This document shows positions 1 through 13,730 of a stretch of 64,000 bases of DNA, one piece after another (the first letter of the stretch is position 1; each line of letters begins with the position of its first letter). Source of the stretch: Macrostomum lignano (lineage: Eukaryota); NCBI GenBank assembly GCA_002269645.1, contig NIVC01002599.1, positions 94,144-158,143 on the forward strand, written 5' to 3'. Position numbers and translations under genes: made by a program. Below the pieces are notes generated by a model. That model was not told the origin of the DNA. It searched no databases and saw only the letters and a list, made by a program, of their open reading frames with translations.

Positions 1-519
1 TTTGGTTATTGCTGCTATGTGCTTTGTTAAAACTATAAAAAGCAATTTAATTTTTTTTAATTTTTTTTGAAAAAAGCAAGATTAAAATCTTTTGACTATT
101 TTTATTTACATCAATGTTTTTAATGCAAACATGTCTAGTCAAAAACAAATATAATTTGTGCATATGTATATAATAATATAACAAAAATGCTAGAAAGTAA
201 TAATTTTAAACAGAAAGTATAGCAGTCATTTTTTATTATTGCTAAAACAAAAAGTTTTTTTAAAAGTTCAAATATAAAGTACTTATTTAATTATTTTTTA
301 TTTGTACCTGGCAATTTTTTCAATGTAATCTATAGTTTAAATAAAAGAAGCTTTTAATATATTTTTACCTTTTTATATTAAAAATATAACATAAAAAATT
401 ACTTTTATATCATATGTTGCATTGACGCTATATATAATTTAATGTAATTTTTTGTAAAGTACATTTGTAGTGATAATGATAATTATTGATTGCATTGTTC
501 ATGAGCAGCATGCAAAAGT

Positions 520-1400
520 ATAAGTACTTATGGAACACCCTTCCATATGATTTTGATTTTATGATTTATGATTTTGCCTCTGCCTCTGTGCTGCAATCTT
601 TGTGCTATCACACCACTGCCATGATGTACTGTCAGCAGGCTGCAGGAGGCAGTTTTTGTAAGAAATAGAACTTTCCAAACTGCATTGGCACAGTCGATGG
701 CAAGCACATTCAAATAATTTGTCTATCCTGCAGTGAGTCACAGTTCTACAATTACATGGGCTACTTCAATCTAATTTTACTAGCTGTTGTAAACCATGAC
801 TATTGTTTTCTCATGGTTGATATAAAAAATTGCAGTTTGTAGAATGATAGCACATCATTCTACAAAGTATAATTTAAAGTTTGGAATACAACTAGAATCT
901 AGAACATTTCCATGACTTGAACCAAAGCCATTAGCTGTTGGTGATAGAGATATACCACATGTGCTCATTGGAGATGAGGGTTTCCTTCTATGAGACTACT
1001 TGATGAGACTATTCCTGGGCTGAAACCTAAGCCATGAAAAAGACTATCTTCAATTACTGACTGAGTTCAGGCAGAAAAGTTTTTGAGAATGCTTTTGGAA
1101 TTCTGGCACAGAAGTGGCAGATTTTCCAAAGACCTATCTAGCTCAGCCCAACAATAGCTACAACGGTTATAAAGGTGGCCCATATGCTACATAATTTTGT
1201 TCTAATTTACTAGGCTTCTGGACAGGAGTCCACAATTGCTGAAGAGCTGCTACAACAAATAGTCAGAAGTACATTTGCTGCAGGCAATATTGGCAGCTAG
1301 CATAGCAATGTCTAATAGTCAACAAAGGACACACCAGCCCAGCTTGCAGAATTTTTCATGTTAGATAAGGGTTCCATGCCATGGCAAATGCAAAAGTATT
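520..1400 (+). mobile_element. Decayed PIF/Harbinger DDE transposase (pseudogenised)
   Basis: Manual translation from 672 gives FPNCIGTVDGKHIQII...FYNYMGYFNLILLAVVNHDYCFLMVDI, then PHVLIGDEGF and IFNY*LSSGRKVFENAFGILAQKWQIF. These match the HARBI1/DDE_Tnp_4 motifs. Multiple stops and frameshifts. Confidence 0.85.
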
Positions 1401-1999
1401 CATCAAGAGTGACAATTTGAATCTTTCTCCTATGGACCATAAGAATCATGAGAATCATTGTTGCATAACAATTATTATTAGTAGCAATGGTTGATAATGA
1501 CATGATAATGATTTAATAATAAATATAGATAATTTCTTTAACCAAGAACTTCAGAGTTGGTTGAATATTTAATTGCAATGTATTATTCCAGTATCATTTT
1601 CCTAGAAATCCACAATTGCTATATTTTTTTCTAACAATGTTTTGCTTATCTAGCTTTTAGAGTACCTTTGCTTATCCAAGCTTACTAAATAGTAAAATAC
1701 TACACTTGGGATTGCTGATTTTATTAGACCAAAGTTTACCAAAGATTAACTTTTGTACTCTTTTGTGTTTTTCTTCATTTATCCAGAATTTGAATTTGCT
1801 ATATCATTAATCCTATTTAGCATGTTGCCCAAAATTCTAGGCATAGCAGATGTACATATTTATTAAAATTACTAATTAAAAATATACAAAATTTAGAGAC
1901 TTACAAAAGAGAAAAATACTACTCAAACATAATCCACAACAATGCTAGTCTCTTGAAATTTAAATGATGAGTCTTTTTAATATTTCATTAAATAGACTC

Positions 2000-2760
2000 T
2001 ATACTTAATTTGCTAAGTTAAAGGTAGTCACGGCTGGTTGCGAGGGCCACTTCAATTAGATCCTGGCCATTGATTGAATGCTGCTGATTTTGTATTCCTC
2101 AAATTTGTTGATAGATGCAAACAATCTCAAAATTTTAAGTTGCATCTGGGAGCTTTGTGGACGACTTAGGCACCAAATTTTGCCACAACCATGTGACCAA
2201 ACAAGGCACTTTCATCATCAGCCTCTTGACTTGCCTTGATTGAATTTTGGTCAGCTATTCATCCATTGACTTGTGTCTATTAGAACTGTTTTCTTGTAGG
2301 TTGACATCTTTTTCATGGATATGATTCATTTTGCTTCATTAAGATATCTTGGGACACCTGAATTATGTTAGACTCCCTCTGGAATCTGTCATCTTTGGAA
2401 TCATCTACAGACAACCCATTGGTTGCCTCCTTAGTGCAGCTGCTATCCAAAAAGTTGCAGCAGTTAAACAGTGGCCACTTGGAGTTATACATTTCCTAGC
2501 TCCCTATGTTGCTTTTGACTTTTTGTTGACATTTGGCCTTTTCACAACTGTAGCAATCACAAATGCCGCCACTTCCTTACCATAGATTCTTGAGCTTGAA
2601 CCCATCTCTTCTAGCTGTCTTCACCCTTCTAGGCAAGTTGAATGCTTTCCCACACTTCATCCTTCTTCTTTGAATTTTGATAATTAGGATGGTGAAAGTT
2701 GTACAAACAGGATTCTCTTGAACCTTCAATACTAGCAGCTCTAATGGCAACCAACAAGCT
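2000..2760 (-). mobile_element. Decayed MADF (Myb/SANT-like) + BESS-like ORF, probable ORF2 of the same Harbinger element
   Basis: Minus strand 2745-2640 reads ELLVLKVQENP/LYNFHHPNYQNSKKKDEVWESI (MADF signature, one frameshift). 2230-2110 reads DDESALFGHMVVAK...QMQLKILRLF (BESS-like). Convergent with the transposase. Confidence 0.7.
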
Positions 2761-3078
2761 TGTTCCTTCTATTTGCACTGGCTTATGTTGTTCTACTCAG
2801 TCTCAAGTGATAAAAAATAATAAAATAGCTAATAATTAATAACTTGACTTGTATGCTAACCAATCAATTTCTATGTAATAGCCAGACTAGAGGGAGGGTT
2901 ACTTAAATAGAGGTTTGAATTGAATTTTATGTATCTAATCACTATTTGTATTGTTTGTTGTATAAGAGAAAAGGTAGTCAATATGCAGTGCTTTTGTTGA
3001 TCAACTGGCCTTTGTGTGATTATCTTTTGGCTCATTCCATATAAGCATAGTCATAACATGATAGGCTATTTTTACTTA

Positions 3079-3835
3079 CCAGGGGTGTCCCAAAAGTTCC
3101 CGGAATGTCTAACGTAGCTCTTCAACAGAGCCATGAAATTTCACGCCCATGGTGTCAAATGAAAGGAAATTTTGTCACAAAGAATACAAAGTAAAAATCA
3201 TGTTGATATCTTTTTTTATTCAAGAGCTACAGCAAGAAACGTGCGCAAAGGTCAGGGGTAGTGTTACACAACCTCAACAATCTATGGCAATAATTTTTTC
3301 ATCTCCATTTTTGGAGTTTTTCATTTTGAATTCGTGCTATTGACGTGTTAGAAAGACGTGGTAGTGTCTATGGAAAAAAGCAGAAATGTTCATAAAGCTA
3401 ATCTGAGCTTTTGCACGAGTGCAGATAATTCGTACCAAGCGATTGCTTTCAACTTGAAATTTCTTTGCGAAAATGAGTTCTCTTCAGAGCCTTGAAAGTC
3501 AAGTTTTTGCCCTTTGGTCAGTAGGATGGAGTCGAGCCAAGATTTCTGACCACTTATTCTCCATCCACAGTGAGAACAGCCTGAAAAAAACTGCAATTTA
3601 CGGATGGATTGAATGCTTTAGAGATGGCCAGTCTGCTGTGAATGAATTTAAAATGAAAAACTCCTTTGCGTACGTTTCTTGCTGTAGCTCTTGAATAAAA
3701 AAAGATATCAACATGATTTTAACTTTGTATTCTTTGTGACAAAATTTCCTTTCATTTGACACCATGGGCGTGAAATTTCATGGCTCTGTTGAAGAGTTAC
3801 ATTAGACATTCCGGGAACTTTTGGGACACCCCCCG
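3079..3835 (+). mobile_element. Internally deleted Tc1/mariner element (non-autonomous) with ~173-bp TIRs and TA TSD
   Basis: 3079-3251 and 3663-3835 are near-perfect inverted repeats (ccaggggtgtcccaaaagttcccgg... / ...ccgggaacttttgggacaccccccg), flanked by TA at 3077-78 and 3836-37. Internal ORF 3473-3694 (KISDHLFSIHSENSLKKTAIYGWIECFRDGQSAVNE) resembles the mariner N-terminal HTH. Confidence 0.9.
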
Positions 3836-5132
3836 TATAAATTGAAATTTAATAATAGAATATACTAAACCAATATTTCTAGTAAGACTATTTTGTCAAG
3901 AATATGTTTATATAGTTTCATATAGATATCATCAATAGTATAGATGCTATTAAAACTTGAATGGCGCTTATGGTCGTAACAATAGGATTTTTGACATATA
4001 GGCCTAGAAACTAAAAGGTAAAAGTCTTATAAAATTTTTCATTTTTGATATTTTGCAATAATTTTTTTTAATTTGACTAAGAACATCTTCAGAAATCATA
4101 CTCTTATATTAGAATATGTAAATATAATAAAAGTCACATGTTTCAAGCATTAATAATAATAACTCAACTATATCTGTTTTAAAAAATTTAGAGTCATTTA
4201 AAAAAGGCTTTGGCCATAAGCCATGGCCTTTGGCCCTAGCCATGCTATATCAGCCAGCTTAGCAATTGTGCCATAGCCAGAGCTAGGCCTATACTGCCAT
4301 TCTAACAAACTCTCATTATTGCAGGCTGCACTCTGCAGGTGCTTGCATGTTGCACTAACCACTAACCCCTCAGGCCACTGGCCACTGCTGCCTATCCCTC
4401 CCATCTGTTCTGTGAATGTGAGTGTGTATGTGCAAGGGGGGCTCCCTTCTGCATCCTAATATTTATACAGTTATAAGTAATAAGAAGAGAGAAAAAGCAT
4501 GAAAAAATACTAAAAAATAAGTAATATGTATCAATAATGAGTTAGTTATATTCAATAAGTTAAAAACATTGATTCTAGTATTTGGATTCCACATGCGAAA
4601 ATTTAACTATACACTTGGGATACAACTAATACACTTCTAATACTAATGTATGGCTTATAATACATAAGCCTAAGCCTAATATTAGGCCTTTTAACTTTGT
4701 AAGCTTAAGTACTGAGCTAAAAGTAGGGTCTACCGTATTTTAATTGGAATAGTACAGATAAAAACTGATGGGCATGTCTATTGCGTTTAACAATCAGATA
4801 TATATCAATCGATACACTTCCGGTCCAATAAAAGCAAAACAGCAGATTCAACTATAACCGGCTATCCGGCTATCCGTAACCGCCGCCACCTACGCTTTTT
4901 TATTTAATTCTCAATTGTTTCTACGAAACGAAGCCAACTTAAAATGTTTTCATTTTACGTAGACTATAACAAAAAATATTTTTAAAATCATCCCAGTGAA
5001 TTGAAATTATAAGTTTTTAGAGAGAGTGGAAAATGGGTTAATCATCTGCACTTAAAAGACATTCAGATACAATTTAAATAGCCGAAATGCATATTAACAA
5101 AATGCAGGATAAAATTTATATTCAATTATTGG

Positions 5133-5500
5133 CAGGGGCGTCGCCACCGAGGGGACATTATCCCCCTGGGGGATAATCTATGGGGGAAATGCCCATGCTT
5201 TGTCCCCCCCACCCAACCCTGTGGTGACCCGCTGTGGAAATCAATAATTTGCTTCAGGGCGACAAAATACATGTATAGCGCCTGCGGCAGGAAAATGAGT
5301 GCCTGCGGCGCCAAAATGATTGCTAAAATGAGTGCTAAAATGAGTGCTTGCGGCGCTAAAGAGTTCCTGCGGCGCGAAAATGAGTGTCTGCGGCACCAAA
5401 ATGAGGCCGACAACACCAATTCTCAAAATAATGTACATGTAGAATTCTTGGCTTTGTCCCCTCCACTATAAAATTCATGGGGATTCCCTTGATTATTTGA
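5133..5500. mobile_element. Possible hAT-type non-autonomous element with degenerate 21-bp internal repeats
   Basis: Starts caggggcgtcgccac; gtggtgacccgctg at 5221-5234 is a degenerate inverse; ggggacatt/tgtcccc motifs; ~5 copies of aaaatgagtgcctgcggcgcc at 5290-5400. No TSD found. Confidence 0.35.
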
Positions 5501-7247
5501 TCGATATTAACACTCACTCAAGTTCGGGATTCAAGCATTGTTAACGAATTCTTGCTGATATCGGTACTGAAAACAGGGGGATACTTTTTTCTCTACAAAA
5601 ACATTAGATTGTACGATATACTGTAATCATGCATACAACGCATAGCTTAAACTGGTTTGATACTTACAATCGAGTGCTCTGAGCTTTTCTGCATGCCATG
5701 CCTACAAATATCACTTCTATCTACGATATTTTTTTTCTATTTAATCGCACTTGATCGAAAAAACCATTTTCCCTAAACTTTTGTTCATTCAGTTACATAT
5801 ATATTACATTTGGATGTACAGTACACATGCATGTATTAGTTGCACATTTACATGTAATGCTGTAGCTAAGCTATAACAGTCGCCCACTTTGCTTATGAAT
5901 TTATCTATACGCTCGCCGCTCGTATTTACGGTAAGTGGGTGGGTGGATCCTTTCTCAATTCATGCATGAGTACGACAGGTCATGCCAATACATGCCATGC
6001 TTTGTCGGCTATTCAATTTGATTTTACAAAGCAAACAGATCGCCTTAGTTATGCGGTAGCAATGCAAAATTTGCTCATCAAACACTGCTTTTTTTTGGAA
6101 CAAAAAAGCCGAGAAAATAAAAAGACCACGCGCGGTCAATCAAACGACTGAGAAATTCACATGGCCTCAAAAGTTTGCTTTTTAACAATGAAGTATATGC
6201 ACTGTTAGGCGCAATATCAGATTTCATTCGCTTTTCATGCGTACAGCTCTTCGAAAAAGAACGCTATAGCGACGCTACTGCATATGATTTTGAGCAACAT
6301 GAGAAAACACCAAGCATATAATCGCTGGTTTATAAAATAAAAGTCATTTGCGTGCCATTTTTAATCTACCGAGAACATTTAATATTGCTATAAAAAAGCG
6401 TTATGTTACTGAGTTCGTAGCTTTCATGTAGCTACATGTACCTACTTCATGAAGGTTTTGCAGTTTCTATAGCTAACTGGCATAGCTATATGGTAACTAA
6501 GTAATTTTGTACTCAAAAAAATCATGCACGCAATACATGTAATGCATAGCGCGCCAGTGGCGAAGCTAAACAACAAAGATTAATTTACGCGCGCCCCCGC
6601 ACAGCCCAGCAGGTGAAAATTTGTCCCCCGACAAAATAAGCGACGAGTGTAGAAGCAATCTCTTAGCTCTGAGTATAGTACCCAGCTGCTGCATAGGCAA
6701 AGAGGGGTTTGCTTTGAAGAAGACCCACCGAAAACGGCCTCATTCATGAGCCTTAATTCTCTCTACCTGCGAGCTGCACCATTGTCTATTTTATTCCATC
6801 AAAAACACTCGAGCTGTTGTTTTGCTCCGAATAGAAAGCCCCCCCCCCCGGACTCTTCCAGCCCGTCAAAACTCGGTCCGAGTTCGATGGTACTAAACAG
6901 TTTATAACGCAATATGCTTTTATTAACAAAAGTGCTTCATTTCAGAGTAGCCTTCTGCATCACGCATGCTGTTCGTGTTCTTCTTTTTTGTTTTAACGGC
7001 CGCGCCTTGATCATCTCATGCCTAATTGTTTTAATAAAGACAACAGTGTCTACAGTAGTGTAGTGCAGCCTCCTCACAAGCACACTGTCTAATTTCAAAG
7101 GTCACCTAGTTTGGTGCTGGTGCATCGGCGAAGCAAGCAAAATCTGGTATAGAGACAACAAAACTATCTAGTGAATTTTTTAGCGCCTTATTCTAGTTCA
7201 TCAATCTCACCGATATCTTACCTGCTGGACTTTAAATTCCAGATGAA

Positions 7248-7251
<4 letters not shown>

Positions 7252-7299
<48 letters not shown>
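7252..7299. repeat. (TG)n microsatellite
   Basis: About 24 perfect TG units. Confidence 0.98.
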
Positions 7300-7300
<1 letters not shown>

Positions 7301-8612
7301 GTGCACTTACAAGTTTGCCGAGCAAAGTTCCGGGGAAATTTCCTATAGGTTGTTCTCATCATGCCTACAGCATGCAGTGTCCACCGAATTGATCCGTGGC
7401 GAAAATCCAGGTATGCAAAACAGCATCTTTCTGAAAGCCGTTTAGAACGGCTTTAACTAATCTTACGAACATGTTGATGACCTCGGAAAAAATGTACAAG
7501 CCTTATTCATTTGGAGCCCAAACAGCAAACAAAAACAACAAGGCGGGGCAACAGAGTACAGTTCACAGATGAAGTATTGGGAATTTAGTGCTAAAAAACT
7601 GAAAACTTCCCATCTCGTCAATGCATTTTGCAGCGAAAACGCGGCCTCCAGTCCTTCTACGATCGTATAGTAGTCCATGGTGTGAATTATTCAAACATGA
7701 ACGGCATAGCTGCAAAAAGCTACAGTGCATGCATTTCCTAAAGTTTATCATTTTTTCTCTTTCACAACTCCTTATCGTTAACTTTAGCGCCACTTTCAAG
7801 TGCACATATAGAGATTTTTCAACTGCTCAATCGTAGGTTATATAGATTTCGGCTGCTATAGGAATTCGCCTTATGAGCCCTAGAGAGGGTCGCGCAGACT
7901 TGGGCCACAAGTCGAGCCGCAGGTTCAAGCTATGCTTCAACTTATCTGTGAGTTATTATATTCTATTTTTTTTCTGTCCCGTAAATGAAACCCAAAAAAA
8001 CCAGCTCAGCCCTAACTCAGAGAGAAGAGAGCGAGACTTCGAAATGAGACAGCAATAGGCGAAAGAACTAGCTGCCTTAGCCAATTACCTGCTGTTACCT
8101 GTGAATGTCTCACTCGCTGAATGCCCCTGCCAGCCTAAAATAGCACTCCAACCGAAGACGTCTCTTGTCTGTCGTTTCTTTCTTTCTTTCTCAAAAATCT
8201 TCCATCTTGCCACATCTCTCTCTCTCTCTCTCCGCCGCATCAATTCTCTCTCTCAGGTGTTGCTTTTATTTCCACTGTTGCTCAGTTTCTTAAGTCTGTG
8301 ACTCTCCGCTACTTACGCGAATAGTCGGCCCTGACAGAAAAAAGGATACTGCAGCATCCAGCTGCAGTTCATCTGCTTAAAAAAATTAATTACTCAGGGG
8401 CTCCCACCGGCAGACGAGCGCCATAAAAGCGAAGCCTAGATTCTGTTTGAAGCCTAGATCCACCGCACTGCGTGCAAGCCTAGCCATCCTAACGGAGCCA
8501 TTTCATTCAACATAGGTGAGTTCATATATACCTTCTTTTTGAAGTGGTTCATCAGTCTAAACGTGTATATTCACTTATCCAAATTCTTAAACGACACCTT
8601 GCAGCATTCGGC

Positions 8613-9988
8613 ATGGACTCGGGCTGCTACACGGATCCAGAAAGGGAGAGCAGCGGCAGCAGCGGCCGCTCCTTCTCTGCGTCTTCGAAGGCCAACGATC
8701 CTAAATCACAAACTTCTCCCAAGCAGGTAGTTCTGGAGGAGGTGGTGGCCGAGGAGTACCAGCCGACGGTCGAGGAGCAGTTGGAGTACGCTGCCACGAT
8801 AGGCATCGATCCGGAGTCCGAGCCGGAGCTGATGCACCTTGCTGCTGAGGGCCTGAAAGCCGCCCTGCCACCAAATTGGCGACCAGTACAGGTGTCTAAT
8901 GGCGGCGACGATCTAGTGTACTATTTCAACTTTCAGACTGGCCAGTCAACTTGGGAGCATCCGCGCGACGAGCACTTCCGCCAGTTAGTAGTTCAAGAGA
9001 GGGTCCGACTGCGCACTCGTCGGTTCAACAGGAGTGGCCGAGGCGTTGTGCGATTTCAGGAGGACCCGGCGGCGGAGTGCGCTCGGCGAAGCCGCGCAGC
9101 CGAGGAAGAGAAGGGGGCAGCCGCGATGCGAATGGAACTGCAGTCCCGGCTGACAGCTGAGGAAGCGGAGCTCCGAGCGGAGATGAGGGCGCGAGTGGCG
9201 GCTGAGGAGGCTAAACTGAGGACGGAGCTGCAAGCTCAGATGGAAACGGAACGAAGATCGCTACTACAGAAGCTTGAGCAGGAAGCTGAGGACTTACGTG
9301 AGGAGCAGCGACGCCTGCTGGAGCTAGAGACGGCGGAGAGGCGGGTGGAGGCGATGGCGCAGCTCACAGAGCTCCGAGCAGAGGTTGAGCAGCTGAAGAG
9401 GACAAAGGCGACGGCAATTCGGCATGAGCAGACGGTGCAGTCGGAAGAGACTCAATCGAAGCCGCGATGCCCGCGATTCCGGATGCCCCAGCGTTGCGTG
9501 TCAGTGGACGAATCCGCTGTCACAAGCGCTGATAACCGCGACCGCAGCGACATTGACGAAGATCTGGACGACCGCAGCAGCGGTAGCCGCGGCGGCAGGC
9601 TTAGTGTTGACGCTATCGGCCGCGCAAGAAGCTTTCTCAGCCGGCACCTGTCGTCGGAGCGCGGCTTTGTGAAGCCAAACCCGCCTGAACCCGTTGCTGG
9701 GGCGTCTAGGAAGCGACCGCAGCTGCGTGCCAGTCGCGCCTCGCGCAGGGCGTCACCTTCCAACGGCTCCGAGTACTCCGTAGAAGGCTCGCTAGACACG
9801 GCGCGGATGGAGGTAGCTTATCCGGATGTCGCCTCAATGGTCGGTGCTAGCGCAGAGCATGACCGCAGGGAGACTGGGCAAGAGGCGTCCGCCGCCCTGG
9901 CGGCAGAACTGATGAAGCTGCGCTGCAACAGTTTGCCGAGTCTGGCTGCTCGTTTGGAGAACGAGGAGACAACCTGCTCAGAGTCAAG
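8613..9988 (+). CDS. CEP164: CEP164-like protein (N-terminal WW module + coiled coil), coding exon 1
   Basis: EEYQPTVEEQLEYAATIGIDPESEPELMHLAAEGLKAALPPNWRP...YYFNFQTGQSTWEHPRDEHFRQLVVQER matches the CEP164 N-terminal/WW region, followed by an E/R/A-rich coiled coil. ATG 8613 follows a 5'UTR intron (gt 8516 to ag 8604). Donor gtgaga at 9989, phase 2. Confidence 0.85.
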
Positions 9989-10784
9989 GTGAGATTACCT
10001 GTTCTGAACACCTAACCATACTATCATCCATGATTTTAACCGTTTATCTATTGTGCAGCATGTTACCACTTATTTAATTGAAATTCAGCTTGATTTGCGA
10101 CTTTCATACACTCATCAAAATTAAAATCAAGGAAAAGGGCAATGTTGCGCTAGAATTCTGAGGGACAGGACGGCGGGAAATCCAGAATCAACCACATCGC
10201 CGACCAACTCCCGGGTTTCTAAGACTGCTCTCTCTCTCTTTCTCTTTCATTCTTTCGCTCTTGGCAGAGCCATATGGTTCTATAATAGCTCGTAGCTGTA
10301 GCTACTAATTGCTAGCCAGCCCCGGCTTCTTCCGCTCCTGCCTCCTTTTCCAAAGCACAGGGGGTGGGTGTTGTGCCGCACCCATCTTTCTCAAAACAAA
10401 GCCAGCCCCCCATCTTCTTTCTTTTTTACGTAGCTCAAATTCACAGAATAGGCAGGAGAATGGAGCGAGTGGAAAGCGCGGGGGCGATGGCCGGCCAGTG
10501 CTAGGGGTGAATTGAAGCCAAGCACACAGTGGTTCAGTAATTCAAAGATGGGCACGCATTCTGTGAGTGAGCGTAGCCAAGTAGACTCTCAGTGGGCTTC
10601 TATGCTCGTAGATCTTTTGGTCTCTTGTTTACTCGTCGGGTCCACAATGACTAGTATGCATTAAGCAGGTTTGGGTCATTCCAGCCAGGAGGAACAAGCG
10701 GGCTTGAAAATGTTGCAGTATGGTTTGAGGCTTGAATGTCCGGGCGATTGACACGGAATGGCGATTGACCAACGGTTGGAAGGT

Positions 10785-11342
10785 TGATAGTCTGTACGAA
10801 GAGCACGGAAGGGTTGGTGGTCTGTAGGAATGGCACGGAAGGGTCGATGGTCTGTAGGAATGGCACGGAAGGGTCGATGGTCTGTAGGAATGGCACGGAA
10901 GGGTCGATGGTCTGTAAGGAGTGCACGGAAGGGTTGGTGGTCTGTACGGAGGGCACGGGAGGGTTGGTGGTCTGTACGGAGGGCACGGGAGGGTTGGTGG
11001 TCTGTAGGAATGGCACGGAAGGGTCGATGGTCTGTAGGAATGGCACGGAAGGGTCGATGGTCTGTAAGAAGTGCACGGGAGGGTTGGTGGTCTGTACGGA
11101 GGGCACGGGAGGGTTGATAATCTGTACAGAGGGCACAGAAGGGTTGGTGGTCTGTACGGAGGGCACGGAAGGGTTGGTGGTCTGTACGGAGGGCACAGGA
11201 GGGCTGATGGTCTGTACGGAGGGCACAAGAGGGCTGATGGTCTGTACGGAGGGCACAGGAGGGTTGATGGTCTGTACGGAGGGCACAAGAGGGCTGATGG
11301 TCTGTACAGAGGGCACAGGAGGGCTGATAATCCGTACGGAGG
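10785..11342. repeat. 30-bp minisatellite (~18 copies) inside the CEP164-like intron
   Basis: Unit ggtctgtacggagggcacgg(a/g)agggttggt and variant ggtctgtaggaatggcacggaagggtcgat. Confidence 0.95.
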
Positions 11343-11511
11343 GCGCAAAAGACGCGTATTTTTTGCGAGCCATGTTAAAAAATCAACCTTGAGAGCGGAA
11401 AAACTTCTAAAATGTACTCATAGTAGCCTTGAATTCATAGAAAACAACACTGGAAACAGTCGAGTTGGACAAAATTTTCCCAACACTACTCAACCATATC
11501 TCCATCTCCAG

Positions 11512-11791
11512 CGAGCAGCAGCCGAAGGCTAAGCAGGACCGACAGTCCTCTGCTGCCAGGCAGCAAAGGCCCGCAGCACAGGCGCAGCCTGCTTCGGCGA
11601 ATCCGCCAAATCCGAGGCGGCACCGCATCGACTGGAGGAAAGTTGGAGAGAAATCGGATTGTCCGCCGCAGCAGCAGCAGCAGCAATCCACAGAGAGCAA
11701 GCTCGCTCAGCACAGAGCCTGGCTGTACAACTACGCCAGGTTGAACGGACTGCCTCCGTCTGGAAGCAAACCGCTGACACCTCAGGCCTAG
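11512..11791 (+). CDS. CEP164: CEP164-like protein, terminal coding exon 2
   Basis: Acceptor ctccag ends at 11511; AG+C restores frame into SEQQPKAK...LAQHRAWLYNYARL...TPQA*. Joined CDS 1656 nt = 551 aa. Confidence 0.7.
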
Positions 11792-12403
11792 AAACACTAA
11801 AAAGCTAAAAAGCCATTTGGAATCGAAACTTAGCAAAACCCATCGTGCTCAAACAAAGCTGCTCAGGCCGTAGTAGAAGATGACATCTTTTTATTTGGAT
11901 TGTTGCTGTTCGGATTATATTTTCGTTTCAAATTTTCGTCTTTCATTTCTAGCCATATAAAAACACGTTGTTTATTAGTTCCGTTTCAGCCGAAAGCTGG
12001 ACTTTGAAGTTATTTTGTTATAATTATCCATGTTTTAACTTTTTTCTAGGAAACTTATTGTTGCTAAGATATTTTCTTAGAAAAATTGAATAGGTGTTAA
12101 ATTAATACTTGGTTGACATGAATAGCTAACTGCTATGCTTCCAGTACTACAATCCAGCATCCATATTTTGATTTTTTGTGTTTGGCCGCTTCATTTAAGA
12201 AGCTTCTTAGTTTTATTATTTATTGGATTCTACTATCTGCTTCATGTAAAGCAATTGCTGCATCGATGCTCGCTGCTATTTCAATTATTTCTAAATAAAG
12301 CCACAACAGAATTAATTGATTTGCTAATTTCTAGTTATCAGTTACACAGTTGCAACCCGTCTTCTAAATTACTCCCAAGAGGGCGCAGCGTATGCCTACA
12401 ACA

Positions 12404-12734
<331 letters not shown>

Positions 12735-13730
12735 ATATTATAACATTTTCTGTAGTAAGCTCGGTGCGGATAATATGTCGCTTGGACGCTGGGAGTGTTC
12801 CGTCAGTTTCTCGCTTGTCGACGATCTTGAAGGCTTGCTTGAAAGCAGGGGAACGTGCGCGGCGTCAGATTCCTTGTCTCAGCTTTGTATAGCTAGCGCA
12901 GGAGGCCTCGACCACCGACCAGTTCGGAAATAGGTCGTGCTAACCCTGGGGCCCACAATATTCAGTAGAGGCGCAATAATTCACTTCAAGACTAACAAAC
13001 AACCAATAGAGGCTAATTCCACTCAAGCTACTATCAGTAGGCAGAATCTTCTTTAACGAACATTTTACGTACTTCACTTGAGTTAAATTTGGAATTCTGA
13101 CTTTTGCGCATAGTTTAGTCAGTCAACTGAGTGACTGCAGGTAAGAAGTGAAGGCTATTTGACTAAGGCTTCCAATCCACGATTTTCTTGCTTAGTACTA
13201 GTACCTGAACAAACAAGGACTGTTGACTTTGGCCTTGCAGTTGAGGCGCTTTCTCTCCTGCTGCTTCATTCGCACATTCCTGAGAATGTCAAATTATTCA
13301 ACACTAATAATGAAGTTCTCGCCATAACAACTCCATCAAAATCAGATTTGCGACTAGAAAGGACTCTGAACCAACATGCTAACAAGTGTCTCATTGCTGT
13401 CAACCTCGAAGTCATAGCCGATTTAAAGGACACTGCTGGGACCGCATCGCATTGACTGTGCAGGGGATAGAGAGGACTTTTTCGAGAGTGGAGTGTATTC
13501 CCAGATAATACACAGGTACATGTGCTTGCTCCCTTTTGGCCTGAAATGTGTCAACTCGTCGGCAGTCTCTTCCTCTAGGCAATAGCGAGGACTGCACTAA
13601 AGTACATGTCTGGCGGTTGGCTTGGATGACAGGTTAATTGACTCGGAACTGCACTGCTTTAAATCCACTGCGACTTTCTTTTCAATAATTGTTCACTATT
13701 AAACTTCTGCCTCGAATTCAGCACATAAAA

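Noticed and set aside
5133-6281. Large hAT element bounded by caggggcgtcgcca and tagcgacgctactg
   Set aside because: The flanking 8-mers (attattgg vs catatgat) do not form a TSD.
7334-7872. Harbinger-type MITE suggested by ggaaatttcctatag / ctataggaattcgcc inverted repeats
   Set aside because: Short degenerate match, with a TTA-type TSD on one side only.
10629-11392. Long ORFs (200-240 aa) on both strands
   Set aside because: Produced by the 30-bp intronic minisatellite (unit divisible by 3); no unique coding content.
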